64,000 nt of DNA from an uncultured Actinomycetes bacterium (GCA_964627505.1 CAZVKB010000004.1:3295-67294), one strand, 5' to 3'; shown: positions 27,900 to 37,518, counted from the stretch's first letter. Numbers and translations are program-made. Notes: generated by a model from the sequence alone, not told the origin.

Positions 27900-29048
27900 C
27901 TATTTAGAATCCGCCACATCGTTGTCCCACACCGGATGCGGCGAGTCACCCACCGGCAATAGCAACGTCAATACGATGGCGATCGCCGCCCCAATGAGCG
28001 TGTCGATGCCGCGCCACACCAACGCCTCCGACAACGGCGCGCTCACCTGCGCATAGCCGAGCACGGCCACCACCGAAACTCCCAGCACCGAGATTGCATA
28101 ACTGCGCTTGATGAACGCAAGCATCACCACCAGTCCCGCTGCCAGCACCAGCAAGCGCAACGACCCCGGCGGCACCACTACATCCACCACAGTGAGCACC
28201 ACCATGGCGGCCATGGTCCCCACGAGGCGTTGCAGAACACGGTCGATAGTCAGTGGCAGCGCTGGCGGAATGAGTGCGATCAAGGTCATCAACACCCAGA
28301 CCGTGTTGTGGTCACCGGTGGCCGTCACCACGACTGCGCCGATACCCAAGCCGATGGCAGAGCGAATCGTCGTGCGCCGCAGCCGCCGCAACTGCGGCTG
28401 CTTCACGAGTGTGAACGAGTACTTATGATGCGTGCGAGTGGCTGCAGTCTCGTCGGTTGACCGCACCCGCGTGGGAGCCTTGCGATGAGGCACCACAGCA
28501 ACGAGGGCGCGCAGCACTACCGTGAGCACTGTCATCGTGCCAAAACTGAGCAACAGGTATTCAAAACCCACCCCAGTACCCGCGCCGAACGCCAATGGCA
28601 CGAAGAACTGATACATCCCAAGATTGCCCAGCGTCGCCCACGGTTCTCCGTGCCACGCCATGAACCCGGCGATCAACGCCGCGCCCGCCAAGGCCACGCC
28701 TGCTGCGATCGGAATGCTGTGCACCCCGATCGCGAGCAAAGTCACCGGGAAGGCGAGCACCGACATCACAATGGCGCGGGTCAGTCCGGACTTCGTGCTC
28801 CCGCCGAGGGAGCCGAGGAAGGCGAACATGCCGGCAAAGACAGCTGGAAGCACAGCGTGGGTGAGTCCTTGGGTGGGGTGCCCTGCTGCCACCAGAACTG
28901 CGCGGACCACAAAAAACACCACCGCGATGTCGATCACCACGGCAATCCCCACGCGGATCAACACTGGTGTTGGCTCTGGCGCCAAGGCCCTACTGACGTG
29001 CCATCGCCATGGTCGAGCCGCGGCAGCAGGTGTGATGTCGGTGGACAT
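27900..29048 (-). CDS. FUSC-like / aromatic-acid-exporter-like integral membrane protein
   Basis: Roughly 10 predicted TM segments and a FUSC-like C-terminal IGAAIAIVLTLLLP. The start was trimmed to the ATG at 29048. The family call is tentative. Confidence 0.55.
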   Translation of the reverse strand: MSTDITPAAAARPWRWHVSRALAPEPTPVLIRVGIAVVIDIAVVFFVVRAVLVAAGHPTQGLTHAVLPAVFAGMFAFLGSLGGSTKSGLTRAIVMSVLAFPVTLLAIGVHSIPIAAGVALAGAALIAGFMAWHGEPWATLGNLGMYQFFVPLAFGAGTGVGFEYLLLSFGTMTVLTVVLRALVAVVPHRKAPTRVRSTDETAATRTHHKYSFTLVKQPQLRRLRRTTIRSAIGLGIGAVVVTATGDHNTVWVLMTLIALIPPALPLTIDRVLQRLVGTMAAMVVLTVVDVVVPPGSLRLLVLAAGLVVMLAFIKRSYAISVLGVSVVAVLGYAQVSAPLSEALVWRGIDTLIGAAIAIVLTLLLPVGDSPHPVWDNDVADSK

Positions 29049-29184
29049 ATCACCAGCATTCCGCCGGTAACCAGTGGGTGTCACAGCGGGGCGGGAAGAA
29101 GCCTGGATCGGCCTCCGATCAGGCCAGCTTGTCATTCATTCATGCAGTGTTTACCTATTAGCTAACTAATGAGTATCAAATCTT

Positions 29185-29227
29185 CACCAAGTTGAACAAG
29201 TACTTTCCATTACGTCAACACTTGGTG
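29185..29227 (+). promoter_or_regulatory. Inverted repeat (caccaagt ... acttggtg) in the AT-rich leader of the PiT gene; candidate operator or leader hairpin
   Basis: Perfect 8-bp arms at 29185-29192 and 29220-29227, separated by 27 nt. The site lies about 60 nt upstream of the GTG start, in the most AT-rich intergenic stretch of the window. Confidence 0.25.
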
Positions 29228-29285
29228 CGTGCCATGCTGAACGCCGTCTGTCATCTGCGCGTCACGACTAGGAAGAACTACGCCC

Positions 29286-30479
29286 GTGGACTGGTTGTTG
29301 ATTTCTGTTATTGCCATCGTTGCCCTCGCGTTACTTTTTGACTTCACAAACGGGTTTCACGACGCCGCCAACTCGGTCGGCACAGTTGTTGCCACGCGTG
29401 CCTTGCCGGCTCGGTATGCGCCGGCTTTCTCGGCGTTTTTCAACTTCGCGGCGTTGTTCATCGTTGGGACGGCAGTGGCCAACACCGTGGCGAAAACCGT
29501 GGACAAGGACGTGTCCAGCGTCGCGGTAATATTCGCGGCCCTCTTTGCCGCTGTGGTGTGGAACTACCTCACGTGGTGGGTGGGGATGCCGTCCTCGTCC
29601 AGTCACGCCATCCTTGGCGGCTTGGTGGGGGCAGGCGTGGCGGCTGGCTTTCACAAAGGCATCGGTTTCGATGCCATCAATCTGGAGAGCGTGGAGAAAG
29701 CCCTGGTGGGGCTCATCGCCTCCCCCGCAGTGGCAATCGCGATCGCATTTATCGCGATGTACGTCATTTTCCTGATCCAGAAAATCTTCAAGTGGCACGA
29801 CAACCACACCGTCTTCAAGGGCCTACAACTCGTGGCGGCCGCGGGCTTGTCCTTTGGACACGGGGCCAACGATGCCCAGAAGACCATGGGCGTGATCGCC
29901 GCGTTGCTGCTGACCACCGGCTACATCGAAGCGGAAGGAAAGACCGTCGGCGTGCCCATGTGGGTGAAGATCGCCGCGTATTCCGCCATTGCACTTGGCA
30001 CGCTCTGGGGCGGCTGGAAGATCATCGAAACGATGGGCTTGAAGCTGACCACCTTGCACGCCAACTCCGGCGCTGCCGCCAACATCGGATCCACCGTCGC
30101 CATCTTCGGCGCCACAAGTTTCGGCGCTCCGATTTCGACGACGCAAGCGGCTGCCAGTTCAGTCGTCGGCGCCGGCGTGGCCTCCGGAAAAGGTGCCAAC
30201 TGGAAGGTTGTGGGGGAAATGGTGATCGCGTGGATCTTGACGATTCCCGCCGCTGGCCTGGTGGGATTCATCCTCTATTGGCTCACCCAACTACCCACAG
30301 TACTGGCATGGATTGTGGTGGGTGCAATCGTGGTGGTGACAGGTGGGGCGATCATCTGGGCGATGCGCCACTCCATCCACGCCGATGATGTGGAAGCCGA
30401 AATTCCCTCCGAGGAAGAACTCGACGTGACCGAAGTCGAGCTGCACCCGCACCTCAAAGGCAGCGGACCAGTGCATTGA
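29286..30479 (+). CDS. Inorganic phosphate transporter, PiT (PHO4) family
   Basis: Duplicated PiT signature: NGFHDAANSV and GANDAQKTMG. Confidence 0.9.
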   Translation: MDWLLISVIAIVALALLFDFTNGFHDAANSVGTVVATRALPARYAPAFSAFFNFAALFIVGTAVANTVAKTVDKDVSSVAVIFAALFAAVVWNYLTWWVGMPSSSSHAILGGLVGAGVAAGFHKGIGFDAINLESVEKALVGLIASPAVAIAIAFIAMYVIFLIQKIFKWHDNHTVFKGLQLVAAAGLSFGHGANDAQKTMGVIAALLLTTGYIEAEGKTVGVPMWVKIAAYSAIALGTLWGGWKIIETMGLKLTTLHANSGAAANIGSTVAIFGATSFGAPISTTQAAASSVVGAGVASGKGANWKVVGEMVIAWILTIPAAGLVGFILYWLTQLPTVLAWIVVGAIVVVTGGAIIWAMRHSIHADDVEAEIPSEEELDVTEVELHPHLKGSGPVH

Positions 30480-30540
30480 TCTGAACCCAGTTGACACTGC
30501 CGCACAGTGACCAACCATTCGCGGTGCCCGATCGCCAAAT

Positions 30541-31053
30541 GTGGGTGAGGTACCAGCGGTGCGCTTGTCTTCTGCCCATAATGATCCCGTGGACCCTGAC
30601 CCGCCTGCCGCCGACGATGCGCAGCATCGCGCCGAGTCGACGGCCGAGTCTGCTGCATCAGAAGCGTCCGCTGGCGATCGGGAGAACCCCACCACCGAGA
30701 CCGACGACCCGTTTGCTTCACCTCACACACTTCGCCAATGGTCGTTTCTACGCCGGATTCCCCCGCCGGTCCGCAAACCACTGGTCGTCGTCATGGGGGC
30801 GACGCTGATCGTCACCGGCATGTTGCTGGTGGTGTTGCCAGGACCCTTCACCTTGCCGCTGGTGATCGCCGGCGTTGCGATCCTCTCCACTGAGTTTGTC
30901 TGGGCGTCGCGGGTGTTTGCCGTTGGCCATCATCACACCCGCCGATTGCTCGCCAAAACCCGCAACCCGTGGGTGATGGCCGGCCTGATTGTGCTCGGCT
31001 TGGCGCTCGCCGCCACTGGCTATTCGGTGTTCGTCGCGCCACGCCTGAGCTAG
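30541..31053 (+). CDS. PGPGW-domain small membrane protein
   Basis: RRIPPPVRKPLVVVMG...VVLPGPFTLPLVIAGVAILSTEFVWA. The acidic N-terminal tail means the GTG start is uncertain. Confidence 0.6.
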   Translation: MGEVPAVRLSSAHNDPVDPDPPAADDAQHRAESTAESAASEASAGDRENPTTETDDPFASPHTLRQWSFLRRIPPPVRKPLVVVMGATLIVTGMLLVVLPGPFTLPLVIAGVAILSTEFVWASRVFAVGHHHTRRLLAKTRNPWVMAGLIVLGLALAATGYSVFVAPRLS

Positions 31054-31070
31054 TTCTCCAGGACGTGCCG

Positions 31071-32168
31071 TTACCGACTGCGCTCCCCCGGCAACTCACC
31101 GATCCGGTGTGCGTCGGTCGTCTTCTCGTCAGCCGCATGTGCATCCGCCGCGCGGTCGTCCGTTGCGTGGTCGTGCGAACCGATAGCCGCCGGGTTTGGC
31201 TCTGTCTGACCTTCCGGTCCCGGCGCCGGGTCAGCGCCAGCGCTTGCAGTCGGGGCCAGGCCGGCCGTCGCACGCAGGCTCATCACCACACTGATGGCGA
31301 TCACCACCACGACCACAGCCAAACTCAGCAAGGTCGGGATCTTGATGTCGAAGCCCAGCAGCACCATCTTCACACCAACCCAGACCAGCACAATCGACAA
31401 TCCGGTGGTGAGGTAGATGAAGCGATGCATCAGGTCAGCAAGCAGGAAGTACATGGCCCGCAAACCCAAGATGGCGAAGGCATTGGCCGTGAACACCAAG
31501 AAGGGCTCCTGGGTCACCGCGAAGATCGCCGGGATCGAATCCACCGCAAAAATCAGATCGGTGAATTCCACGAGCAGCAACACCAACAGCAGCGGCGTTG
31601 CCAGCCAGACCCCGTTGCGCCGCACCCACATCTTGCCGCCGGCGTAGTCGTCGGTGTGCGGCACTTTGCGTCGGAACCATGTCACCAGCCGCGATTTCCC
31701 GACGTCGTAATGCTCGTTGCGGGATCGGAACATCTTGTACCCGGTGAAGATCAGGAACGCACCGAAGACGTACACGATGAACGACAGATTCGCGATCAGC
31801 ACGGCACCGAGCGCGATGAAGGCCCCGCGCATCACCAGCGCACCGATCACCCCCAGGAACAGCACGCGGTGCTGATATTCGCGCGGCACTGCGAAGTAAC
31901 TGAAGATCAATGCCCACACAAAGACGTTGTCCACAGCCAGCGACTTCTCGATGACATATCCGGAGAAGTATTGGCCGGCAATCTCACCGCCGTACAAGTA
32001 CCACAGAATAGCCCCGAAGGCGACGCCCAGCGCCACCCAGACCGAAGACCACACTGCGGCCTCACGCACCGAAATCACATGCGCCTTCCGGTGGGCGAAC
32101 AGGTCGATGGCAAGCATCAACAGGATGATTCCCAGGACTGCAAACCAGGCCCAAAGCGGCACGTTCAC
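31071..32168 (-). CDS. TerC family integral membrane protein
   Basis: TerC motifs (LAVDNVFVW, FAVDSIPAIFAVT). GTG start with GAGGAG 6 nt upstream. Acidic/His-rich C-terminal tail. Confidence 0.85.
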   Translation of the reverse strand: MNVPLWAWFAVLGIILLMLAIDLFAHRKAHVISVREAAVWSSVWVALGVAFGAILWYLYGGEIAGQYFSGYVIEKSLAVDNVFVWALIFSYFAVPREYQHRVLFLGVIGALVMRGAFIALGAVLIANLSFIVYVFGAFLIFTGYKMFRSRNEHYDVGKSRLVTWFRRKVPHTDDYAGGKMWVRRNGVWLATPLLLVLLLVEFTDLIFAVDSIPAIFAVTQEPFLVFTANAFAILGLRAMYFLLADLMHRFIYLTTGLSIVLVWVGVKMVLLGFDIKIPTLLSLAVVVVVIAISVVMSLRATAGLAPTASAGADPAPGPEGQTEPNPAAIGSHDHATDDRAADAHAADEKTTDAHRIGELPGERSR

Positions 32169-32270
32169 GTAAACTCCTCAATCATGCGGAAGCCGCAAGT
32201 GGCCCGCGCAATACCGACATTGAATGGGTGAACTGGGAATCATGTGTATTTATTCCGCTGTTATGGAACT

Positions 32271-32555
32271 ATGACAACCCGCCCCGCCCGCACCTGGACT
32301 TTCTTCAGTAACCACGGTCACGTCATGATCTTCCTGTCCGGACATCCCGATGCTCGCGTCCGCGACATTGCCCACGCTGTGGGCATCACTGAGCGCGCAA
32401 CCTCCGCGATCCTGCGCGATCTGGAAAACGCCGACTTCGTCACGGTCACGCGCGAAGGCCGACGCAATCACTATCGGATTCACCCTGAACGCACCATGCG
32501 CCACCCGATGGAATCACACCGTGCCATCGGCGAGGTGTTGAACGTGTTCGGATAG
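32271..32555 (+). CDS. Winged helix-turn-helix transcriptional regulator (ArsR/MarR-like)
   Basis: VRDIAHAVGITERATSAILRDLENADFVTVTREGRRNHY. Divergent from terC and upstream of the ABC-like/YhgE pair. Confidence 0.65.
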   Translation: MTTRPARTWTFFSNHGHVMIFLSGHPDARVRDIAHAVGITERATSAILRDLENADFVTVTREGRRNHYRIHPERTMRHPMESHRAIGEVLNVFG

Positions 32556-32589
32556 GACTGGCGGCACCAACAGCAATACCCTTGGCGCC

Positions 32590-33258
32590 ATGGCGACCTA
32601 CCCCCAGCCCGCACCTCCGATCCCGCCGCTGGACGACCCGGCCACGTCGATTTCGGCGGTGTGGGACAACGTCTCGGTCTCAATCCGCGGTCGACGGCTA
32701 TTGCGCGGGTTCAGTCACACGGCTCGTGCTGGCGGCATTCTCGGGGTGATCGGTCCAAGCGGCTCCGACTCCGACATCGTGTTGTCGACACTGGCGGCGC
32801 GTCGCCCGGCCACAGCGGGAAGCGTCACAATCGTCGGCGCCCCGCACAACGTCGCCATCGCTCGGCTGGTTAGTGCGCAGATTGACGATCCCCTCACAAC
32901 TGTTGGGGAATCTCTGCGAGCTGTGACCCCGCGGACCCCGACAGCGAGCCCAACTGAGATTCAGGGTTGGGCCACCTTCACCTCCGGCAGCGTGGACCTC
33001 ACCACTCGGCTCTGGGGCGAACTTGCGCCCGGTCAGCGCGTGCGCGCCGGCTTGGCCTGTGCCTTAGCCAGTGGCGCGACCGTGATTGCGGCCAATGCTG
33101 CCGACGTGAGTGTGCCAGCCGATATCGCCCGCACCTGGCAGGCCATCACCCAAGTCGCAGGTACCGGCAGGCTGGTGTTGGTCGGCTGGCCTACACCAAT
33201 GGCCAACATGTCAGCCACAGCCACCATGTTGGCAGCCACAGTGGAGGTACCTCGATGA
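32590..33258 (+). CDS. ABC ATPase-like protein with degenerate catalytic motifs
   Basis: ABC NBD layout, but Walker A reads GPSGSDSD (no Lys), the signature reads LAPGQ, and the Walker B region reads VIAANAA. The stop overlaps the next start (ATGA). Confidence 0.65.
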   Translation: MATYPQPAPPIPPLDDPATSISAVWDNVSVSIRGRRLLRGFSHTARAGGILGVIGPSGSDSDIVLSTLAARRPATAGSVTIVGAPHNVAIARLVSAQIDDPLTTVGESLRAVTPRTPTASPTEIQGWATFTSGSVDLTTRLWGELAPGQRVRAGLACALASGATVIAANAADVSVPADIARTWQAITQVAGTGRLVLVGWPTPMANMSATATMLAATVEVPR

Positions 33259-35081
33259 CCGCATCCGCCTATTTCGCCAGCATCCGCAGATGGTGGCGCT
33301 CCCCAATCGCCCGCCTCACCATCGTGGGTGCCGTGCTTGCGTCCGGGATCCTCGCTGGGATCATTTCGGCCGCCTTTGCCGACCCGCCAGCCCGCAGCGA
33401 CCGCATTCCCGCCGCTCTGGTCAACGATGACCAACCTGTCAACGTGGAAGGTTTACAGGTACACGCCGGACCCGATCTAGTGCAGGCGGTCCTGGCCGCC
33501 GACGCCCTGGATTGGCGGGAAATGTCGTTGGCAGAGGCAGAATCTGCCCTCAACTCAGGCGCAGTTCTGGCGTTGCTGCACATTCCGACGGGGTACAGCG
33601 CCGCGATCGCGTCCATGGACAGCAGTGCACCGATTCAGGCAACTGCGGAGTTTCGCACCAACGATGCTACGAACTATTTCATGGGGCCCGCCACCGCGGC
33701 GGCTGTAATGTCAGTGGAAGAGACAATCAGCAATTCCGTAACGTTGAACTTCCTCGACGAGGTGTATGCGGCCCTGCCCGAAGCCCGAGAGCAAGGCCAA
33801 GCCGCAGCGGTGGTGGTCGGCCAACTGGTCACTGACATCAACAACACCGCGACAGTGGCCCAGTCTGCGGCAACCGCTGCAACCGAAGCCGCCACCGCCA
33901 GCCAACAGGCGGCAACGAGCATCACAGAAGCCACTGGGGTGGCTGATCAGTCGGCCACCCAAGCTGCCGACTTAGCCGCGAGCACAACTGCGGCTGCTGG
34001 CAGCGCCACCGCGGTTCTGGCTGGCGCAAAATCTGTGGATGCCAGCCTGCAAACATTGCAGAACGATCTCACCAGCAAGGGGCTCACCGATGCTGCTGCC
34101 GCAGTCGGGGCTACCCGGACCAACCTGACGACTTCCGTCACCACTCCCGCCGAAACATTGACTGCCCAAACCGCCGCAGATGCCACCAAAGCCGGGCAAC
34201 TCAATGCCCAGACCGCCGCGGTGCCCCCACTGTTGGCACAAGCGGCGACGCAAACCGCGCAAGCCGTGGGTCAAGGTCAGTCTGCAGCCGCTGCTGCACA
34301 AACGATCAGCACCACTTTGAGCACACAAGTCGCGCCAGCGGCGGCCGGCCTCCAGAACTCGCTCAACGCTGCCGCTGCCAAGGTTCCACCTGTGTCCGCC
34401 GAACAACGCGCGGCGTTTGCGCAAGTACTCGCTGCACCGGTCGCCATCACCACCACCGTGGCCAATGACGTGGCTACTTTCGGCACCGGGATCGCCACCA
34501 TGGTGCTGCCAGTGGCATTGGGCGTCGGGGCGCTGCTGCTGGTCTGGCTGCACCCTGGCCTGCATCGACGGTTGCTCGCTGTCAGCGCCAGCAGTTGGCG
34601 GGTCGGTCTCACCACCTGGTTGCCGACACTCACCTGGAGTGCCGCGCAATCGGTGACAGCTGTGCTGCTTGTGGCGCTGTTCGGCGTCGCGGCCACCGCG
34701 TGGATCCCGCTGCTAGGCGTGCTCATCCTCACTGCTGCCGCGCTCGTGACTCTCACCGCATGGCTTCGGGCAGCATTCGGCGGCATCGGCTTGTACACCG
34801 CTGCTGTGTTGCTTGCGGTGCAGGCAGCGGCCAGTGGTGGGCTGTTCCCGAACCAAACGCTCGGACCAGTGTTCAATTGGCTGCACCCATTCCTACCGAT
34901 GAGTTATGCCGCTGATGCCATTCGTCGCACCATCGCCGGCGGACCGCTGACGCCGTTCGTGTGGGTCGACGTCCTGGTATTAGCCGGATTCACTGCGATC
35001 GGTGTCGGGTTGTTGATCGCCACTGCACACTGGCGTACCAGCGGGCGCACCAGAGACCTGGAACCGCTACCGATGGGTTAA
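33255..35081 (+). CDS. YhgE/Pip domain membrane protein
   Basis: N-terminal TM and a YhgE/Pip N-domain (ALVNDDQPV...LLHIPTGYS). A long Ala/Thr/Gln-rich coiled central region, then a C-terminal ABC-2-like TM bundle. Confidence 0.75.
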   Translation: MTASAYFASIRRWWRSPIARLTIVGAVLASGILAGIISAAFADPPARSDRIPAALVNDDQPVNVEGLQVHAGPDLVQAVLAADALDWREMSLAEAESALNSGAVLALLHIPTGYSAAIASMDSSAPIQATAEFRTNDATNYFMGPATAAAVMSVEETISNSVTLNFLDEVYAALPEAREQGQAAAVVVGQLVTDINNTATVAQSAATAATEAATASQQAATSITEATGVADQSATQAADLAASTTAAAGSATAVLAGAKSVDASLQTLQNDLTSKGLTDAAAAVGATRTNLTTSVTTPAETLTAQTAADATKAGQLNAQTAAVPPLLAQAATQTAQAVGQGQSAAAAAQTISTTLSTQVAPAAAGLQNSLNAAAAKVPPVSAEQRAAFAQVLAAPVAITTTVANDVATFGTGIATMVLPVALGVGALLLVWLHPGLHRRLLAVSASSWRVGLTTWLPTLTWSAAQSVTAVLLVALFGVAATAWIPLLGVLILTAAALVTLTAWLRAAFGGIGLYTAAVLLAVQAAASGGLFPNQTLGPVFNWLHPFLPMSYAADAIRRTIAGGPLTPFVWVDVLVLAGFTAIGVGLLIATAHWRTSGRTRDLEPLPMG

Positions 35082-35115
35082 CTGCGGTCACGGTAGCCAC
35101 GGGTGCGGACCTGGG

Positions 35116-37215
35116 TCAGAGGCTGCTCAACGCCGGCAGTTCCGCCCCCGGGATCGGGTCGAGCCCCACCGCCAACAAGTGCGTGACGTCGCCCTCAGTT
35201 GCCGGGCTGCCCTGCCAGGTGGTGAGGTCGGCCAAAACCTTTCGTCGAGCTTCTTCGGGATCGGGTGCCTGGGCTGCTGCTGTCCAACGGCGGCGCAGTT
35301 CCCATGCGCGCTCTCGGGTCTGCAACGTCCATTTCAGGCGATTCATCTGCGTGGCGGTGGCTGGCAAACGCCACACCTGGGAGATCGCGTCCGGCAGTAC
35401 GATCCGGTAGTCGTGTCCCCCGCCCGCAAACACCCCGGGGGTCGGGGTGAGTGCGTTACCCATGTCGAAGAACGTGGCGAAAAACGTGGTCACCGGCGTC
35501 CACGACGTGCCTTTGGGCGCCCCGACCGGGCGTCGATCCGCCGGTCCGAGCCAGGCGGGACGCCGCCACAGCACGTCGGCATCGAACTTGGGAATGGGAT
35601 CGTCGCCGTTTTGCAGCAGCAGATAACGCACCTGGTCCCGTTCGTCCTCAGACAAGTTGACCCAGTCCATGATGGCGCGCGTGATGAAGACTGGGCCGGG
35701 ACCCACCGGCGGTGGCGTCGCGATGCTGCGGTCACCCTCCAGTTGTTTCTTCCAGACCGTCGCGGCAGGCGTTCCGATCCAGAGTGCAGCTTCGATCCCC
35801 ACACCTTCCAGCCCGAACAGCCCGGTGTCGCGGAACACCTCTTGGGACACCTGGGAGCCCAACGATTCGCCGAAAAGTAGGAACCTGGGACGATCCGCTG
35901 GCGCCATGTCGCGAATGCGGGCCATGATCCCGTCGAGCACCATGCGCGTCTGGTGCACACCTGCGGACACTTTGCCCAACGAGAGCGCCGAGGGCAGCAC
36001 GGAATACTGAATCGCCGCGCTGGCGCAGTCACCACCTGTGAGGTATTCGAGTGCCTCGCACGCCACGTAGTTGACGTATCCCGAACCCGTGGGCGAAAAG
36101 AGGGCGAAGACCTTGCGTTGCAGTGCACCAGTGCGATCGATTTCGGCCAGTAGTTGCGCCGCCCGGGATTCTTCATCAGTCGCTGAGGCCAGTGCCGCGT
36201 ACACCCTAATCGGCTGCTTCGCCCCAGAAATGCCCATGACGGCATCGATGCTCTCCGGACTGGGTGCCATGCTGAGCCAGCGGCGACCTTCCCGGCTCAA
36301 CTGCGCCCACGGTATGCCGGATTCCGGGCACCCAGTCACGGTCGGCGAGGTCGGCGGCTGGGCGTGACCGGGTTCGATCCCCTCGCCGCCCTTCTCCAAC
36401 TTCGCTGACACCAGCGACACTCCCAACCAGCCCAATCCGTAGGTAGTGGCCAGCGCCCCAACCCGTCCGAAAGTGCGATGTTCCTCCGGGTTGCCTCCCA
36501 GCACCACCGCGGCCGCATGCGCGAAAGTCCTCGACAGTGCCACCTCGCCGTGGGCCAGAGCGTACGTCAAACCCGTCACGACGACACCGATCGTGGTTGC
36601 CTGGAGCGGGGCCACCGAACGCGTGGTGTCTTCGAAGTTCTTTCCGTCTTTGCCCTTGGCACCTACTTGAGCCTGCCAGGGCCGGGTGGCCAAGTAGGAC
36701 CCCACGCCGGTGGTGGCAGCCGCAACCAACGTTTCCCACGGTCGATATCTGCTACCGAGCGACTTCTCCAAGCCGAGTGAGGCGACCCCTGCGGTTCCGG
36801 CTGCTGCCAAACTGCCTGCCGCCAGACGGGCGATGGAGCGCCGCGGTGGTTCGTGTTCCCGCCAACGCAGCGCTGTCGCTGCCCCAATTCCCAAGACCGC
36901 CGATGTGACATCAACCGCCAACAGGGCGCGACGGGACGCCGGCGTGCCCGAGAAGCGTCTGGCGATGGATCCCAGCAGTGAATGTCCGGCCGCCCCCCAG
37001 GCATAACCGGCGGCCGCCCCGACGCCGGTTATGACCGCTTGGTTGGTGGTATCGCGGGACAGCAGGCCCGGCTGATACGACCGGCCAGCGAGCACAGCGG
37101 CCACCAGCACGCCCGCTCGGGCGGAGTGGTCGAGGGTATCGGCAGCGATGACAACAGCATCTTCCATAGGCAGATCCTGCCATGACCACCTGATTCGTGG
37201 CTGTGCCCGCGCCAA
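35116..37215 (-). CDS. Membrane-anchored alpha/beta hydrolase family protein (Abhydrolase_9-like), paralog 1
   Basis: N-terminal multi-TM region, then SPTGSGYVNY...LEYLTGGDCA...FGESLGS (nucleophile elbow GxSxG). Clear paralog of 47457-49436. Confidence 0.7.
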   Translation of the reverse strand: MARAQPRIRWSWQDLPMEDAVVIAADTLDHSARAGVLVAAVLAGRSYQPGLLSRDTTNQAVITGVGAAAGYAWGAAGHSLLGSIARRFSGTPASRRALLAVDVTSAVLGIGAATALRWREHEPPRRSIARLAAGSLAAAGTAGVASLGLEKSLGSRYRPWETLVAAATTGVGSYLATRPWQAQVGAKGKDGKNFEDTTRSVAPLQATTIGVVVTGLTYALAHGEVALSRTFAHAAAVVLGGNPEEHRTFGRVGALATTYGLGWLGVSLVSAKLEKGGEGIEPGHAQPPTSPTVTGCPESGIPWAQLSREGRRWLSMAPSPESIDAVMGISGAKQPIRVYAALASATDEESRAAQLLAEIDRTGALQRKVFALFSPTGSGYVNYVACEALEYLTGGDCASAAIQYSVLPSALSLGKVSAGVHQTRMVLDGIMARIRDMAPADRPRFLLFGESLGSQVSQEVFRDTGLFGLEGVGIEAALWIGTPAATVWKKQLEGDRSIATPPPVGPGPVFITRAIMDWVNLSEDERDQVRYLLLQNGDDPIPKFDADVLWRRPAWLGPADRRPVGAPKGTSWTPVTTFFATFFDMGNALTPTPGVFAGGGHDYRIVLPDAISQVWRLPATATQMNRLKWTLQTRERAWELRRRWTAAAQAPDPEEARRKVLADLTTWQGSPATEGDVTHLLAVGLDPIPGAELPALSSL

Positions 37216-37230
37216 ACGGCGGGCGTCGAA

Positions 37231-37518
37231 CTAGAAGTTATTCGTGTAGTACCAGCCGTAGCCGAACGTGTTGACGATCAATCCGATGATGCCCAGCACC
37301 ATGCCCGCAGTGGCCATACCGCCATTGGTCGCCGTACCCATCTGGGCGGCTTTGCGACCTTGCACCCCCAGAATGATCGCCACGATACCCAAAATCAGGC
37401 CGCAGCAGAAGAAACTCAAGATGCCCGTGATCAGCGACCACAGACCCTTCTTGTTGTCAGCGTCTGAGGCGCCGAGCGCCGCGGCACCGTAGATCGGTGG
37501 GGGTGGCGGAGTAGACAT
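37231..37518 (-). CDS. DUF4190-like small membrane protein
   Basis: Pro-rich N-terminus and two TM helices (LITGILSFFCCGLILGIVAIILG; GMVLGIIGLIV). Lies 15 nt upstream of the hydrolase gene. Confidence 0.7.
   Translation of the reverse strand: MSTPPPPPIYGAAALGASDADNKKGLWSLITGILSFFCCGLILGIVAIILGVQGRKAAQMGTATNGGMATAGMVLGIIGLIVNTFGYGWYYTNNF

Noticed and set aside
30969-32231. A 420-aa plus-strand ORF
   Set aside because: It is antisense to the TerC gene, which has clear family motifs and TM helices. The plus-frame product is an R/H/Q/D-rich string, typical of shadow ORFs in high-GC DNA.
32169-32270. Possible yybP-ykoY (Mn) riboswitch in the TerC leader
   Set aside because: Only ~100 nt are shared with the divergent HTH gene, and the GAGGAG RBS lies directly before the GTG. 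I see none of the conserved riboswitch blocks. A covariance-model scan would be needed to exclude it formally.
36371-36380. A T-loop-like ggttcgatcc string, checked as a possible tRNA
   Set aside because: It lies inside the hydrolase CDS. I could not fold any acceptor, D or anticodon arms around it. No intergenic gap in the window is long enough for an unnoticed tRNA.
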